64,000 nt of DNA from Ginglymostoma cirratum (GCA_024137785.1 JAHRHZ010000009.1:15211892-15275891); one strand, 5' to 3'; counted from the first letter of the stretch, positions 13,203 through 27,939 are shown. Made by a program: numbers and translations. The notes: generated by a model from the sequence alone, not told the origin.

Positions 13203-13583
13203 GCCAATTAATAATCTCAGTTCACTACCACCCAGATCACCTGCAATCCCAACGGGTGAAATTGGGGCCTAGCTTCTGGAATGGGAGTTCTCACATACAG
13301 GGTCTCCCATGCATAACACTGCAAACTGTAAAACTGGTGGTGAACAAATTTTTAACCTTCCAAATACAGGCAAATAGCACAAAAAAGCTACTGGATTTGA
13401 ATATTTGAAACCAATTTTTATTGTTAGTTTCATTCTTTCACCATCCCTATCAAGGTGCTTTTTGAAGTGGGAATGGAGAATTGATGACAACGTGCAAGAT
13501 CAACTTCCATTTTGTAACAACACGAGCCATAGAATCAAACAGCAATGTCTTACAGAAGGAGACAATCCAACCATTATACCTGT

Positions 13584-13679
13584 GATAACAAGGTGTAGAG
13601 CTGGATGAACACAGCAGGCCAAGCAGCATCAGAGGAGCAGGAAAGCTTGACGTTTCTGGCCTAGACCCTTCTTCAGAAG
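13584..13679 (-). mobile_element. 96-bp Penelope pLTR fragment, family B, with hammerhead and 7-bp TSD
   Basis: TACCTGT at 13577-13583 and 13680-13686. The - strand reads CTT-CTGAAGA-AGGGTCTAGGCCA-GAAA-CG-TC-AAG. Inserted in a CR1 remnant (about 13530-14005). Confidence 0.85.
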
Positions 13680-15149
13680 TACCTGTTCTTGCTGTTTGAA
13701 AAAGGTGATGAAAACAAAGGACCCATCCTCCACTGTTTCCTCATAGTCATGCACATTTTCCATTGTAGAATATTTATCTAATGCTCTTTCGAAAGTTATG
13801 ACTGAATGTACTTTTACCATCCTTTCAGGCAGTGCAATGCAAATTCGAACAACTCAGTGTGTTAAAAAAAAAAGTTTCTTCCATTCCTCCTGTTGTTCTT
13901 TTACCATTTACCTTAAATCTGTGACCCTCTGGTTACTGACCCTTCTACCTCTAGAAACAATTTCTCCTCATTCAGTCCATCAAAGCTATTCACGATTTTG
14001 AACATAGTGCGTTCAAAAAAAGAGCAATATAGCAGCATATTGCATTGCTATGCATAAATAGGATGCTGGGTTTCCAACATTACAACAGTAGCTACATTGA
14101 GAAAGTAGATTATAGATCGTAAAGCACTTTGCAATGTCTTGAGGTCATGCAGCATAGACGCAAGTTCTTAATTTTGCTTTAAAGGCCCTTCAGGACTAAA
14201 CATAATCTGCCTACACTGCATCCAGGCACTCTCTAACAGATGGTTATCAAGCTGAATTGACAGACCAGGTCACCTACTTGTGCCAGGAATGGTGTGAAGA
14301 TTGGTACAGGAGGGTGACGTGCAACAGAGGAAACCAATTGTAAGGAAAGAAAACAAATAAGAAAAACTTCTTAAATTCTTCTATGCTATACGTAAATATA
14401 ATCCAAATTTTAAACTTGAAGAAATATAAATCTACAATTGAGAAGATTTCCTTCATTATGCTGCACAGATATGGTAATACGAAATGTCATTTTGACATAC
14501 AACCAGGTTATAGTTACTATTTATTCCAGTCAGTAACTCACAGCAGGTGCTAATTTACTGCCTCATTAGTAACATACCAATTTCTCTCCAAATGTAGAAT
14601 TCCTGCAGTTTACTGCATCAGTACATCCGCTTTGTCCATTTTCTGTGAATATGGGCCATGACTGTTCAATATCACTGCATTTGTACTCTGAAGGAGCCAT
14701 GGACATGGGGGAGGCTAATTGATTAGCTCTTCCAAGGAAGCAGGATAGAAACAGTTGGGAAAATGTTTTCCTTCGCCATGATATGGTTTCACTGAGAACA
14801 CCAGAAGAAGCAACCACAGATTTTAAGTTATGTTGCAATAATTTCCCTAGTTTATTATAATTACCATAAACTATACATCCACAAATTAGTAACACATTGG
14901 TCACATTGGGCCAGGTTTTGACTTCATAAATATGCTTAAAATTTCTTCTCAGGTTCTGGGGATAGAAACAGTTGCACATTCAGCCAAAGACATTTAGAAC
15001 TAGAACTCCAGGGGCTGTTAACACGGATTCTTTATCTCTTCCTAGCAGGTTCCCTCATGTGTACCTGGTAGTCTGAAATGGAAAAGAAAACGCACAATTC
15101 AATTTTCAGTACACTTCCCCTATAAACGGCTGGTATTTTTTCCCATATG

Positions 15150-15540
15150 TTCTGCTTCAGGGACTTGACTTAAACGTTCTGTTCAACACTGCCAGTGTAG
15201 TGCTAAGGGAATGCTGCACTTTCAAAGTGCTGAGTTTTGGGATCAGTTTTTAAAACTGATGTCCTGTCTGCCCTCTCAGACAGACACTTGAAAGATCCCA
15301 CGGCACTATTTTGAAGAAGAGAAAGGGAATACCCTTGTCAATATATATCCTTCAACCAGCATCGCTACATCAGATTATCATCACATTAATATATGGGCAG
15401 TTGCTGAATGCAAAATTAGCTGCTCTGTTTCCAGAATTATGAACATCATTATGGTTCAAGTATATTTAACTGGCTGTAAAGTACTTTGAGATGCTTGGTG
15501 GTACTGAAAGATATTATTGTGATGCAAGATTTTTCTTGAG
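15150..15540 (+). mobile_element. SacSINE1-like DeuSINE
   Basis: Deu core gaaagatcccacggcactattttgaagaagag...tatccttcaacc; tail ggctgtaaagtactttgagatg. Confidence 0.8.
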
Positions 15541-16536
15541 TCGCTCCTTACTTGATGTTAGACAACAGGGAAGAGCCTATTAGTGATTGTTTATACAGTT
15601 CCCATCTTTGTGCAGATGTTATTTTTCTATATTTCTTCTCTAAATTAATGTTTTATTCACTTGCTGGGATTTGAAATACAAGAGTGTTATTGAAGTCAGA
15701 GGATGGGCTATTAGCCGAGGTGAATCATCCATTGCTTTCTGACCTTCTCCTTCTTGAAAGATTAAAGGTTCCGTGGGGTTGTTCCAACCCTCAAAGCCCC
15801 AAGCATCCAAGCAGCATATTATTTATCCCCTTGAATTGTATGTTTCTTTTTGTTTTACTGATTTGTGGTGTGACTCTTCAAAACAGCAGCACCATGGGTT
15901 GAGGAAAATGAAAACAAAATTACAATCTTTAGACTTTCACTTCAAAGTGTAGGATTAATGCTTAGATGTGCCAATGCATAAGATCCGCAATAATTAAAGT
16001 ACAGAACCTGGTCAAGTTATGCAACTGAATCAGGGAACCAGACAAGGACAACTCAAGGATTAGTTTATGTCGAATCTTTAGCATGGAAATAGGCCATTCA
16101 GTCCAATTGATTCATACTAGTGTTTATGTTCCACGCAAATTCCCTCGCAGATCAACCTATCAGCATATCCTTCTATTACTTCCTCCATCATGTTTATCCA
16201 GCTTTCCCTTAAATACATTCATAACATTCCCCTCAAGGGATATTAAAGCCCTGGAGAGAGTGCAGACTCAGTCTCCAAAAGTAGCTGCAAATGATCAAGC
16301 AGCCAAATTACTTAAACTATTCGAGGTTAAAGTTCACTTGAAGGCCAACCTCCCTGATATTCAACTACAAGAAATCTCACAATTTGCTGTGAATCCTTCA
16401 CTTTATAAAACTCTCACCTCAATTTTAAAACCTTAAATTAATTCAAGCAATCACTGGCCTGCCACACCAGAGATTATAAATCAAAACCCGAGATTACAAG
16501 AACCTATAAAGGTGCACTCTCTTTGTATGTGAGATT

Positions 16537-16550
16537 GTGTGTGTGTGTGT

Positions 16551-16584
<34 letters not shown>

Positions 16585-16622
16585 TGTGTGTGTGTGTCTG
16601 TGTGTGTGTCTGTGTGTTTGTG
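16537..16622. repeat. (GT)n microsatellite, interrupted
   Basis: Directly visible in the sequence. Confidence 0.98.
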
Positions 16623-18489
16623 AGAGTATGTGCGGACATTGTGTCCATTGGAGGTGAGCATTTGAGAATAGCCATCTTTAGATTTAAATTCATGAAAGCT
16701 TGCTCCTGATGTGTTCAATTGGAAAACACACTTACCAAGTGTCAGGAAAAGGCGCACCTTTTTCCAAATAAATCATACTGATTCAGGCAGTAAGAAAGGA
16801 CATATATTCTGTGCATCACATGGCTTATCGGTCATAATCCTATTTCAACTGCTCTTTTACACTATGCATGCCCATAAAATATGCCTCTAAGATGACTTTT
16901 GGATACCCTTTTGTGTTGGCTGCCAGTCTTTTCTTGTACTCTCTTCTTGTTTCTCTAGTTTTATTTCACTTCCCTGCTGCATTTCTTTCGTCAACCTGGT
17001 TCTTGAATGAATTGTCCACCTGACATCGGTGATAAACACACTTTGCCTGCTTCACTCTACTCTTTGTTACTTTCATCATTCACGGAGTTCAGCCTTTGAT
17101 GTCCCTACCTTTCCTCTTCTCAGGAACGTATCCTGAATATACCTGAACCATCTCCTCTTTAAAGGCCGTCCATTGTTCTAAGGTCATTTTGCCTGCCAAC
17201 CTTTGATTCCAATTTCCGTGGTTCAGAATAATTCTCATCCCCATTGAAATAATGCTCCCCTGTCGACTATTTTTACTGAGGATTATTCCTTGTCTTATGT
17301 CATAGCCAACCTAAACTTTATGATATTTATTTTAGGTCAAATTCTAGAATTGAGTAGAAATACAGTGAAAAGCTTTATAATGCTCTCAATCATCAGTATA
17401 TTCATTTCATGTACCTGCCTCAGCTGTGTAACCATTAACCCCTTGGCCAACAAAAATCTGCCAATCTTAGTGTTGAAATTTTTAATTTGACCTCAAGCCT
17501 AACAATTATTTTGGTGGGGCGTGGTAGTTCCAGATTTCCTCCCCTTTTGAGTGAAGAAGAACTTTCTGACATCCCACCTAAATGGCCTGGATCTACTTGT
17601 GAGTCCCTACACCCTTATCCTAGCTGCTTCAGTGAAGACAATAAAGGGCATTTGAAAAGTTAATCTTTACTGTACAAGATGAGGATGTGAGCAGTTCCCA
17701 AGGAGCATAAATGGGACAGTTAAACACAGAGGTATATGAATACCAATAGCTGATTAAAAGAGAACATTTTTGGAATAATAAACACCACATAATTAAGTTC
17801 AATTAAAAATAGAAAAGAATAATGGAGAGTCAAAGATTAAGGCCAAGGATAGTTTTCAGATGGGATTGGGCCCAAATTAATTCAGTAGAAAAACGAGACA
17901 TCGGTTCAACAATAAAGTCGCTTCTGGTCTACAGTGGATAGAGTATAAACCTACAAAGAAAATTAAGGCCATAAGTATAGAATCATTGAATTGTACAAAT
18001 CTACAACCAGAAAAGAAAGTACTGTCAGCAATAAATTGAACAGAGAATTCTGGAGTAGTTGTGGTAAATAAATGCATTTAAAGGGAAATTTGATGGATAT
18101 ATGAAGGATAAGGGTTTAGAAAGAGAAGCTGATAGGGCAACATGAAGTAAGCTGAGTGGAGACTCAAGCAATAAACAGTCCTGATCCAAATGGCATATTT
18201 GGGGGCTGTAAACTCTCTGTAACTATACGTAAAAGTATTTTATTTTAAGGTGGCCTTGATTGATGCCAAGTGAAACTTGGGGCTGTTCCAGTCTCCTTCG
18301 ATAATTCTAACAGAAAATTGACTGAACCTCTGGAGAACAGTGTGAACAGAGGAGAATGATAAATGATCATCACCCCACACCCTGATGCTCACTGACCTAC
18401 ATTGCTGCTCACTTGGCACAGATTCAAATTTAAAATTCTCATCATCATCTTCAAATCCCTTCCTGGCCTCACCCCTCCCTGTCTCTGAT

Positions 18490-19339
18490 AATGATATGAA
18501 GTAAATTAATCTTTAAAACCTCATCAATCAACTGAATTTTGGGTTGAGGGAAAATTGTTAAAATAAGCTGGGATCTTTTAAAATGGCCACCAAAATCACC
18601 TGACAGGAAAGTAACCAAACTCATGGAACATTCAATGGAATGACTAATGGCTGAGACTGATGAACATACTGAGAAAACGCTATCTGAGAGGTATTTATCT
18701 TGACATTAAAATCATCTGGAATGTATGCTCACATCGAGACACAACTGTCTCTGCATGTAATGAGATTTCTTGACAACAGGTATTTCTGGAACAAGTGTTC
18801 AAATCTAAAACTCGTTATGCAAAGAGAAGGATTGAGCCCCGACATCCCACGACACACCACCACATCCATAGCAAAGACTAATAAGAGAAACCTGACAATG
18901 GACTATCAAAATCCTTTCCAAAAGTGGATTGCTCCTACTGGGGGCCAACAGTTAGGTTTTCAACCATCAAAATCTATCACAGACACAGCAAGGCACTAAA
19001 AGATGCAAAGTACTGTATATTGAGGTAGTGGCGACCACAGATGGACCTACTCAAAGAGCTCCTTAGAGATACAAACTGGAACCAGTATTTAAAGAGAGGA
19101 TTCAAAAGCTTTTTGACAGTTAATTGAAGAGAATTTGCTGTCTAAAAATTCTCTCTGAAGAAGTTCGCACCTAGTTCCCATAGAAACAGCTATAGAGAAA
19201 ATTATAAAAGAAACAAGAATTTTCAGTAACTGCAACATTCTACACAGCTGATTACATCTAAGAAATCTGTTAGTCAACATCAGACTCTGAAACAATCAAA
19301 GAACTGTGACTTGTGTATTGCTTCAGCCCTGTGTGTGTG

Positions 19340-19415
<76 letters not shown>

Positions 19416-19625
19416 ATGGTGGTGTATTTGTGTGTGCATGGGCCCAAGTGACTACACAAAGGCCATATGCTTGTTGATAGGCTTCATTGTTAATGAATTT
19501 GGACTTTCACTGACTCAAGAAAACATTGTCAATTCATTTCTTATTGCTCACAAAAAAAAATAGGACTTCCTGATGCCTATTGTCAGGCAGCCATCTTTAA
19601 ATTTCCGATAACTAAATTCTAAAAT
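18490..19625. mobile_element. Probable ~1.1-kb insertion (solo-LTR-like) splitting an L2 3' remnant
   Basis: L2 tail sequence (ttcaaatcccttcctggcctcacccctccctgtctctg, about 18375-18488) breaks off and appears to resume near 19630-19665 (aattttggcctcttg). No TSD identified. Confidence 0.35.
19331..19414. repeat. (GT)n microsatellite
   Basis: Directly visible in the sequence. Confidence 0.98.
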
Positions 19626-20220
19626 TTCATCCCACTGTCAAGAACCTGAATTTTGGCCTCTTGGGTTCTTTAGCTCACCTTACTCCCTATTCCCAGGAGC
19701 ACAATTCTGGCTTTTAATTCCATGATGCTGAGAGGGAAAAGGGGGCAGGGGATGGTGAGGTATGTAATTAACTGAGCATAACATGGAATGTGACAGGAAG
19801 TTGGATCGAAGCTGGTAATTTCCAATCATTGCTGATGTAGGGCAAAAGATGGCAGACCAATGCATTTTCAGGAGGTTAGTTGGCATATTTAACATATGAA
19901 CGAAGAAGGAATTCTGAGATAGGATCATGAAATCACTGAATAGTTACAGAACAGATGGCGACAATTTGGTCTTTCTGGTCCACACTGGCTCTTTATAAGA
20001 GCAACTTAGCTAGCCACAATTCCTTACTGTCTCCCCGCAGATCTATATTTTTATTTCACCTCAGGTGCTTATCCAATTCTCTTTTGAAAGCCCTGATTAA
20101 ATCTAACCCCGCCACACTCTCAGGTAGTGTATTTCAGATCCTAACCACTCACTAAATGAAAATGTTTCAGTCAATCATCTTGAGAATTTTGGTTCACAAC
20201 CCTTCCACCAGTAAGAATAT

Positions 20221-20464
20221 TAGGTTTCCTCTGGGTGCTCTGGTTTCTTCCCACAGTCCAAAGACGTGCAGGTTTGGTGGATTGGCCATGCTAAATTACC
20301 CATAGTGTCTATGATGCGTAGGGTAGGTGGACTATCCATATGAAATGCAGGGTTACAGGGATAGTACAGAAGGCTGGGTCTAGGTGGGATGCTCTTCAGA
20401 GGGTCAGTGAGAGTCAATGGGCCAAATGGCCTAGTTCCACACTGCAGGGATTCTGTGATTCTAT
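20221..20464 (+). mobile_element. HE1-like V-SINE, 5'-truncated
   Basis: ggtttcctctgggtgctctggtttcttcccacagtccaaagacgtgcagg...gattctgtgattcta. Confidence 0.88.
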
Positions 20465-21086
20465 AACAGTTTCTCCCTCTGTACTGTATCTGGACCACTC
20501 AAAATTTGAATCAAAATCTGTACCAAAATCAGCGAACCTACTTTGGACGTTTAACTGTGATTGGCTGGTGATTCTGAGCCTGTGGAAATTGTACAACGGC
20601 AATGAGATGACAACAGAAAGAACCCCACCCCTGGATGGGACCACAAAATTCAGTTGAAAACACAGATAAGATCTTCACTGGGATCAGAGGTCGCCATCCC
20701 CTTCCCCTTTCTCCACCTTTTCCTTCCTCATTCCATTAACCACTTCCAGGCAGTTCCCAACCTGCTGGAAGCCAACACTGTCAACCAAGTTGAATATCAG
20801 TAGGAAACTGGCAGTATCAGTAGAGAACACAGAATGTAAGGGAACACAAATTCCAGGTTCCACTCCACAACAGGAGTCACACCCCAACCTATGTCCCCCC
20901 AGTGCCCTGTTTCCAAATACTGTGGTAACTAGACAACCCTAGAAGAAAAATAAATATTTGGTAGTAGAGAATGTAAACATTGTTAAACGGAGACAAGACA
21001 TTGAAGCATTTTGTCCTTCACTCATTACAATCAGGATGTAGGAAACAGACTTGAATAAAGAGGCACTTACTGCAACATCAACTTAA

Positions 21087-21430
21087 GAATCATAGAATGC
21101 TTACAGTGTGGAAGCAGGCCATTCAGCCCATTGAGTCCTCGCTGACCCTCTAAGAGCATCCCAGCCAGACCCACCATATCCCTATAACCCTGGATTTCCC
21201 ATAGCTAATCCACCTAGCCTACACATCCCTGGACACCACGGGTAATTTAGCATGGCCAATTCACCTAACCTGCACATCTTTGGACTGTGGGAGGAATCGA
21301 GAGCTCCCAGAGGAAATCCACGCAGGCTCGGGGAGAATGTTCAAACTCTACACAGACAGTCATCCGAGCTGGACTCAAACCTGGGTCCCTGGTGCTGTGA
21401 GGCAGCAGTGCTAACCTCTGAGCCACCCTG
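21087..21430 (-). mobile_element. HE1-like V-SINE, full length
   Basis: Complete head (ggtgctgtgaggcagcagtgctaacctctgagccacc on + strand), V-domain and tail. Confidence 0.9.
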
Positions 21431-22489
21431 CAGCCCTTCCTATCACTTTTTAGCAATGTTTAAGAATTTAGTAGAATGAATTCTCTATTTCCTGATCAAT
21501 CCTTCCACTATCTCCAATCCAAAATAATCACAGAATAAATCAGCAACTATTTTAACTCAATACCCTCACATTTTTATATTCTGATTATACTATTACGCAT
21601 TTTGCATTGTCATTTGCCACCTAGGGCAACCTCTGGTGTCCTTTCTTCAGCTTCACATTTCACATTTGCACTCTGTGCTCACCCTCAAAATTTCTGACTA
21701 ATATCTAATTAACAGTGAGATGATGAATCCCAATTAGTTCCAACAGCCCTGCCAGTACAAGATTGATAATCATCCTACAAACATCAAGCTATGCCAAGAC
21801 ATTGCCCAAGGCATTTCCCTTAATCATGAAGACGGAAGCCAGAGAAAAGGGATGTTTTGGCCAAAAGACGTTGCAAGTTATTCGAGTCCTTTTAACCAAA
21901 AGTAGACTTTATTGTATATCAGCACCAAGCCCATAATTTAACAGAAATTAGTAACTCTTAAAGCAGACAGTTCAAATTAAAGCTGATTAGGACGCTTTAT
22001 GGAGTGCTCTGTATCTGTGCACTGAAACTCAATTTGTGGAGCTTTCAGATGAATACTGACAATCAAGTATGCCCGCAAGAAAGCAAGCCATGTACTTATG
22101 TAACGCTCCTCACTAACACTATATCTTCTGAACCATGGAGATTGAAATTTTGCATTAACTCAAGAATGTGAGTGCAGCGTGTTCACTGAACTCGGGAGTG
22201 TGAGCACTCTGTGTTCATTGATCTCGGGTGTGTTAATGCTGTGTAATGTACAAGAGTGCAAGTGTTAATACCAAGCGGTGCCTGAAACACCACCTATGGT
22301 AAAGATGTCACATGGACTTGATAGCAAAACAGCTTTGTGTCTCAAAGCAGTGAGACCTAATATTAAGTCCTCCTCACAGTCTCTGTAATAATGTTTATCA
22401 CATTAATGTGATTAGTTGCTAATATGCAATAAACACATGGTCCTCTCCTCGTTAGACCAGGAAGTCATTTATCTCTAAACTTAAACAAA

Positions 22490-22615
22490 CAACTGCAGAT
22501 GCTGAAAGTCTAAAACAAAACGGAAATTGCTGGAGAAACTCCGCAGGTCTGGCAGCTTCCTTGAAGAGAGGAACAGAATTAATGTTTCGGGGCCAGTGAG
22601 CCTTTTTCAGACCTG
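22490..22615 (-). mobile_element. Penelope pLTR fragment, family A
   Basis: tgctggagaaactccgcaggtctggcagc...aatgtttcggggccagtgagcctttttcag; degenerate hammerhead on the - strand. Confidence 0.75.
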
Positions 22616-23779
22616 TTCGGTTTCATTTAGGTGCACGTACAACATGCCGGCAGTGGGGAGAGTTTGAAGATATTTTAGCACATTCAGACTCAGCCGTAAG
22701 TTGCCTGCTCATGCAGATAGTCAGCAGCAGGGAATAGCTGCACTTTAAGACATGGAATAATCTGCAGTCAATGGTAAAAACATTCCAGAGCTGGTAAAAG
22801 ATGAACACTATCAGAAGAATTAGGAATTCCCTGGAGAAGGAGAATTAGTAACTCCAAAGCAGTGACTGCATCTCATGGTGGTGATCTATTGGAACAGTCC
22901 CGAGTTTGGGTTCAGTCAGCGAGTTAACAGACGTTGGAGGCTCTATGACTAAAATTCAGATCCCTGGTGGTCAAGAAAAAAATATTTTTTAAAAAATATT
23001 ACTGTAATACATGCTCAAAATAAGAAAACTCAGGAAATTACTGACAGCTCAGTTGAACATCAGTCATAACTGGTAGGAACAGTGAGATACAACGAAGAGG
23101 AATCAAAGGCCACAACAGTAAATTAAACAGTAAATTAAGTAAGCAATCCTTCATTATTAAACCTTATTAAAGGCAGGAAGCATGTAGAGATTTGGAATCA
23201 TCTCGAAAAAAAATTAAAGAAGCACATTGCAACCTTTAAATCTGTAAATTAAAACCACGATTAAAGCAAACCATGGTTATTAAAGTTGCAGGCAGTGGGA
23301 TTCATTCAGTAAAGCTGTTAAGGGAATGGGAATCATTTAGTAAGGCTGGAAACGGAGATTCATCCAGTGAAACTGCAAAAAGAAAGCAGGAATCATCCTT
23401 TGTAGCCACAAAATGCAGGAAAACCTTGCAATTCAACAACATGGTGCAGTACTGCAACTATTATTGCAAGCTAAAAGTTTTTTTTAGCAAGGACAATAAA
23501 TAATCACATTAGAAAGACATTGGATCAAAATTAATATTGCCAAAAACATTTAATTTCAGACATGGATATCTTTGAGAAAACGGTTTTGACAATACAGAAC
23601 AGCTTAGTAGCTAAGGGAAGCAATGGATACAGGGAGAAAGTGTGAACAGGGTGAACAGCTATGATCATATTAAATGGTAAAGCAGATTTGAATGGCCAAA
23701 TAACCTACTTGTGCTTCACTTTCTTAGTATAGCTGATGATGCTCCAGCTTGTGAATGATGAAAGAAGCCAACCTTTAAC

Positions 23780-24700
23780 AATTAATTAAAAGTCAGAATA
23801 AATCAATTTTTGCAAGGACAAGATTTGATAAAAGAATTCAACATCAAGGATAACTCGTACCTGATTTTATTATTAATTTGTAGAAATAAGTAGAAAACTG
23901 TGACTATGGTAATTTGAAGTCAGAATTCATTAGAGAAAGAATTGTTGTCAGAATTGTGGATGAGTTTTTGTTAGATTCATTGGTGTCCAAAGAAAACTTC
24001 ACTCCAGAGTAAACCATTCAGATGGTGTTTGATGCAGAAGTCCAGAAGGGGCACAAATCAGGAGGCACAGGAGATCAATAGAATCCATTCAGTTCTTAAA
24101 CTTCAAATCCACAAGAACAAACTTGAGAAATTACTACAGCAAGTATATTGGGCCCTGGACACTAAAACTTCCTGTCTGTGCTTTGGAACTAAGAAACTTC
24201 ACAGGCACAGACAGTGCCCAGCCATTATATGTGAATGCCTGTCACACAAAAGTCATATTCAGAAAATGTGCCAAAGTAGGACATAGTCTCAGAAAAGCAA
24301 AAGAAAACTACCTACACAAACAGTTTAATAATGTAGAACAGTCTACAGCAGTAAAAAAAAGCTAAAGTATTCATTGAGAAAATAGATGATCATATCTTAT
24401 ATTTTGGCAGAAGAACCATTGTGTCATCTCAAAAATTTTAAGTTAGATATTGAGACGAGGATCAATATTCTTTATTATCAGATACTGAAATATGATCAAT
24501 ACAACACATTGTACAGCCAACAGAAGTGCCATCATATGATCTAGGAAGTGTAGCACTGAAGATTAAAGCTATTCTATAAACATTAGTCCAATATAAGAAA
24601 CATACTGGTAAAAAATCTCTAATACTTCACAATCAAGAATTCTCACTTTTGAGTAAGAATGTGTGTCTTGACCTCAAATGGCCATAGGAGTTAAAGTAAG
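23780..24700 (+). mobile_element. Degenerate Gypsy/Ty3 LTR-retrotransposon gag-protease remnant
   Basis: Frame-broken motifs: EFIRERIVV-RIVDEFL (gag RDR.V.G motif, about 23920-23980), CFGTKKLHRHRQCPA..CECL..HKSHIQKMCQS (double zinc knuckle, ORF 24029..24286), and NQEFSLLSKNVCLDL (protease C-terminal LL[GS]R motif, about 24630-24680). Confidence 0.65.
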
Positions 24701-27700
24701 AAGGAAGTGATCCAGGAGCACCAAGTCATGGGTCAACAGGTCAAAGGACAACTGTGAGCAAGAAAGAAACCTGTGACTGTACTCAATTAGCAGAAACATT
24801 TCCCAATGCTGTCAATGCTGAAGATAGTTCAGGCTGTAAGTAACAGAAAGATTTGCAAGGAAACCTGATCAATCAGAGACCCAGACAGCCAATGAGCAGG
24901 ACAGCCCCCCAGTAGAGCCAGCTAACAAATCTTTGGCTGATCTAACTCAGAGTTCAACACGACTTGGTGAACAGTTAGTCATGACATTAAGTTTAGAAAC
25001 ATACAACATGAAGACAGACCAATGTTCTGGCATATTTACAAATCAGTGTGAGAGGAAAAATTCCTTATGCCCATGTGTAGCCTATGAGACCTTTGGAATG
25101 TGTTTAGGAAACGTGGGCCACAAGTGAGCCCTTAATGGTCACCTGTGATTACTTTTGCTTCACAGAGGTGACTAAGATTAATACATAATGACCCATGACG
25201 TGGTCAGGATTGCTTGTGGCCAGAATTTCTAATCTACATTATGGATCAATGTATGAGCTACACATTTGTCTGATTGCACATGTCTTTAGGCTTGAAACCA
25301 TAAATAGCTGATTAGCACAATTGTTCTTCAAAGGGCCTCACATTCCTCACAAGGGAAATTCAACAGCATAGAGAAAATAAAAAACTTGCTCTGTCCACTC
25401 TGGCGTGCTGGTATTTTTCAAGTTTTATGCGCAGTTGAGATTAAGTTGAAACTGGAAGACTTTCCAGATCTCAGTGGAGAGAGTGAGGTGAAGGGTCTGC
25501 CTGTTATTCTCACACTGAAATCCTTGACAAAATCTTTAGCTTTGAGCCTCCCAGCATTCCCACCTAGCCCTTTTTTATTAAGCTATCAATAGCTCCGATT
25601 TTCCCTCTGAGAGTCAGTCTTAGCATTTAATATCATGATCCACAGTTTGCCTTCCCAAGTGAAGCCATTAAAGACCCCAGCCTGTTACAGTACCCCATGC
25701 CCTCCCGTGCTATTTCAGCTCCCACCCTTATATCTCAAGTTGTCTTCCTTCACAGTGATTGTCACCTCCGTATCCCAAAGTACTGGCTCCAATCCTCAAC
25801 TTGGAGATATCCACTTTCCCCAAGACAGCACTGCCCCTTGATAACTGCCCTTGAAGATTAGTGCCCAAACCCCCTGGACTGACCATGGCTCAGGTCCCAA
25901 ACCAAAGTGGGATGGTAGCCCCAACTGAGGACAATTCAGACTGCTGGGGGATTTCTGTGGATCTCCCAAGCAATTGCCGAACTCCCAAACTGATTGGGCT
26001 GGACCTGGACGACTGAACATAGCCCAAACCTCAGATTTTTAGGACGTGGATCCCAGGACCCTGATCACACCAAGCCAACGAATGACTGTGAGCAAACTCT
26101 TGAACTGAGATTGGACAACGCCCTTGACTGACCGTGGTAGCGCCCGTGACTGATCATAATTCCCCTTCCCTAAGACTTTAGGTTGAAGCACATCCAGTGT
26201 ATTTGTGTATAAGCTGCTGCCACATGCTGTGGGTGTCACATTGATGTAGCACAGTACTGTACAGCAACACATCTATCCCCTCGACTGTTCAGTGCTGGCT
26301 AGAATTGACTCATCGCTTGGCTTTCTCCCTGCAGTAAAACGCAAAGCAGGGTAGAACTACTATTGGTGTAAATTCTCAATGAAAGCAGCAATACGCAAAA
26401 AGGCAAAGCAGAGGCTGCTGTGAGCATCCACAAATAGTTCAAAAGGATTGAGTACTAAGAAAGTAATACACCTTGAAATACACTCCATTTGAATGCATCA
26501 GTGAGTGGCTTGTACTTGCTTTGCAATGTGCGGTGTCAGTGAGCTCCAAAGTGCCATAGGGAAGTGCTAAACTGTATAATAAGTTAACCCAAGATGCATG
26601 GTGATGGTGCGGTGAGGCTGGTGCTTTGCCCATGACATGGATGGGGAGTGCAGGTGGTCGCTGCCCATTGAGCGTATCCTGAGATTGTGGCCAAGGTAGA
26701 GACTTGGAGAAGATGCCAGTGAGCTGTAGCCATCAGTTAACCCATGTTAATTTTCAAATCAGGATTGGTGCCATCAGTACCTGGAGAATGGCAATGTACT
26801 TATTTAAGTAAGGTGAGCTTAGGTATTAATGAGATGTTAGTGCGTGTAAATAGGTCCCTCACCACTTAGGAGCAAGACTTTCATCTAGCTGTTGAAATCT
26901 TAAGGGAAATATCAGACTTCCTTTTCTCTCTATGTCGAGAATCTGACTTTTTCTGTTCTCGCTGTGTTCTTCCAACTTTCTCAGCAATGCCCACAGCATT
27001 CGGGTACTGGGGAAATTACACCCATTGTCTTTGTAACAATTGCCAGCATATCGATGTAATCTGTAATAACATGCAGTAAACTGTTTCTTGTTCAACACAA
27101 GAACCTCTTCTATCTTGACCAGAAAGAGATTTTTAGTCTACCACCAGCAGATCAAATGGGAACTGTGCAGCCTAGCACTGAAGGAGGATGATGGTGGCAA
27201 ATCCATCACATGGTGAGGTACAGTCTCAGTTTAGCTGTATTTGCATTCTGCTTTTTTCTGATTAAAATAACACAGAGCCATATGTTACGAGTGCATAGGA
27301 CACGTGGTCAAAGGTACAAGTTTCAAGGAGCTTCTTAAAGTGAGAGTGAGGGAATAGAGTTGCAAAAGATTGAAGAAGGAATTTTAGAGTCGATGGGCTA
27401 GGGACCTGTATGCATGACTGTTAATTGACAATGAGCCACGAGATATACAGACCAGTGACTGAAAGTTTGGTTCACATCAGACATAGAACACTATCTAAAA
27501 CTGGTGACTGTTTCATTAACTCTGCGTTTACATGTTCTTAAATTGATCAGACTAATAGAAATATTGTCAATGCCAGAAGACTTTTTTTTGAAGTTTGGAA
27601 TTTGCTTGGCTACTCAGCCTTGCACCTTCCTTTGTAATGTTACTACCTGGGATAATTGGCTCCACAATCGCTCACCGTTAGTTAGGTCTTTGAATTCGCT

Positions 27701-27939
27701 AAGACTTTTCCAAACATAATAAAGGCACCTCTTTCCAAACAGCTGAGTGAAGCAATCTAACAAATATATACAGCAAGTGTTCTGAATTCTAGTTATTTGC
27801 TTTGGCAGAGGCAAAAGTAAATTAATCGGAGAGTCTGGAAACCTTTGGAATAATTAGACATCGACCTGGCAAATTCTTATTTCCAATATAAAGGCAGATT
27901 TTCCATTGTGTGTCTAAAATGGTGCACAGCAGGATTAGA

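Noticed and set aside
14566-14979. 137-aa ORF on the - strand
   Set aside because: No recognisable domain, and composition typical of intronic DNA.
15065-15095. Strong - strand acceptor with a possible 8-nt micro-exon or alternative terminal exon
   Set aside because: Frame-shifting or quickly terminating, with a weak donor (gtacac); unsupported without transcripts.
16481-16757. His/Thr-rich ORFs (also 42855..43100)
   Set aside because: Translations of (CA)n/(GT)n microsatellites.
22157-22245. About three degenerate 32-bp tandem units
   Set aside because: Short, decayed local duplication with no further structure.
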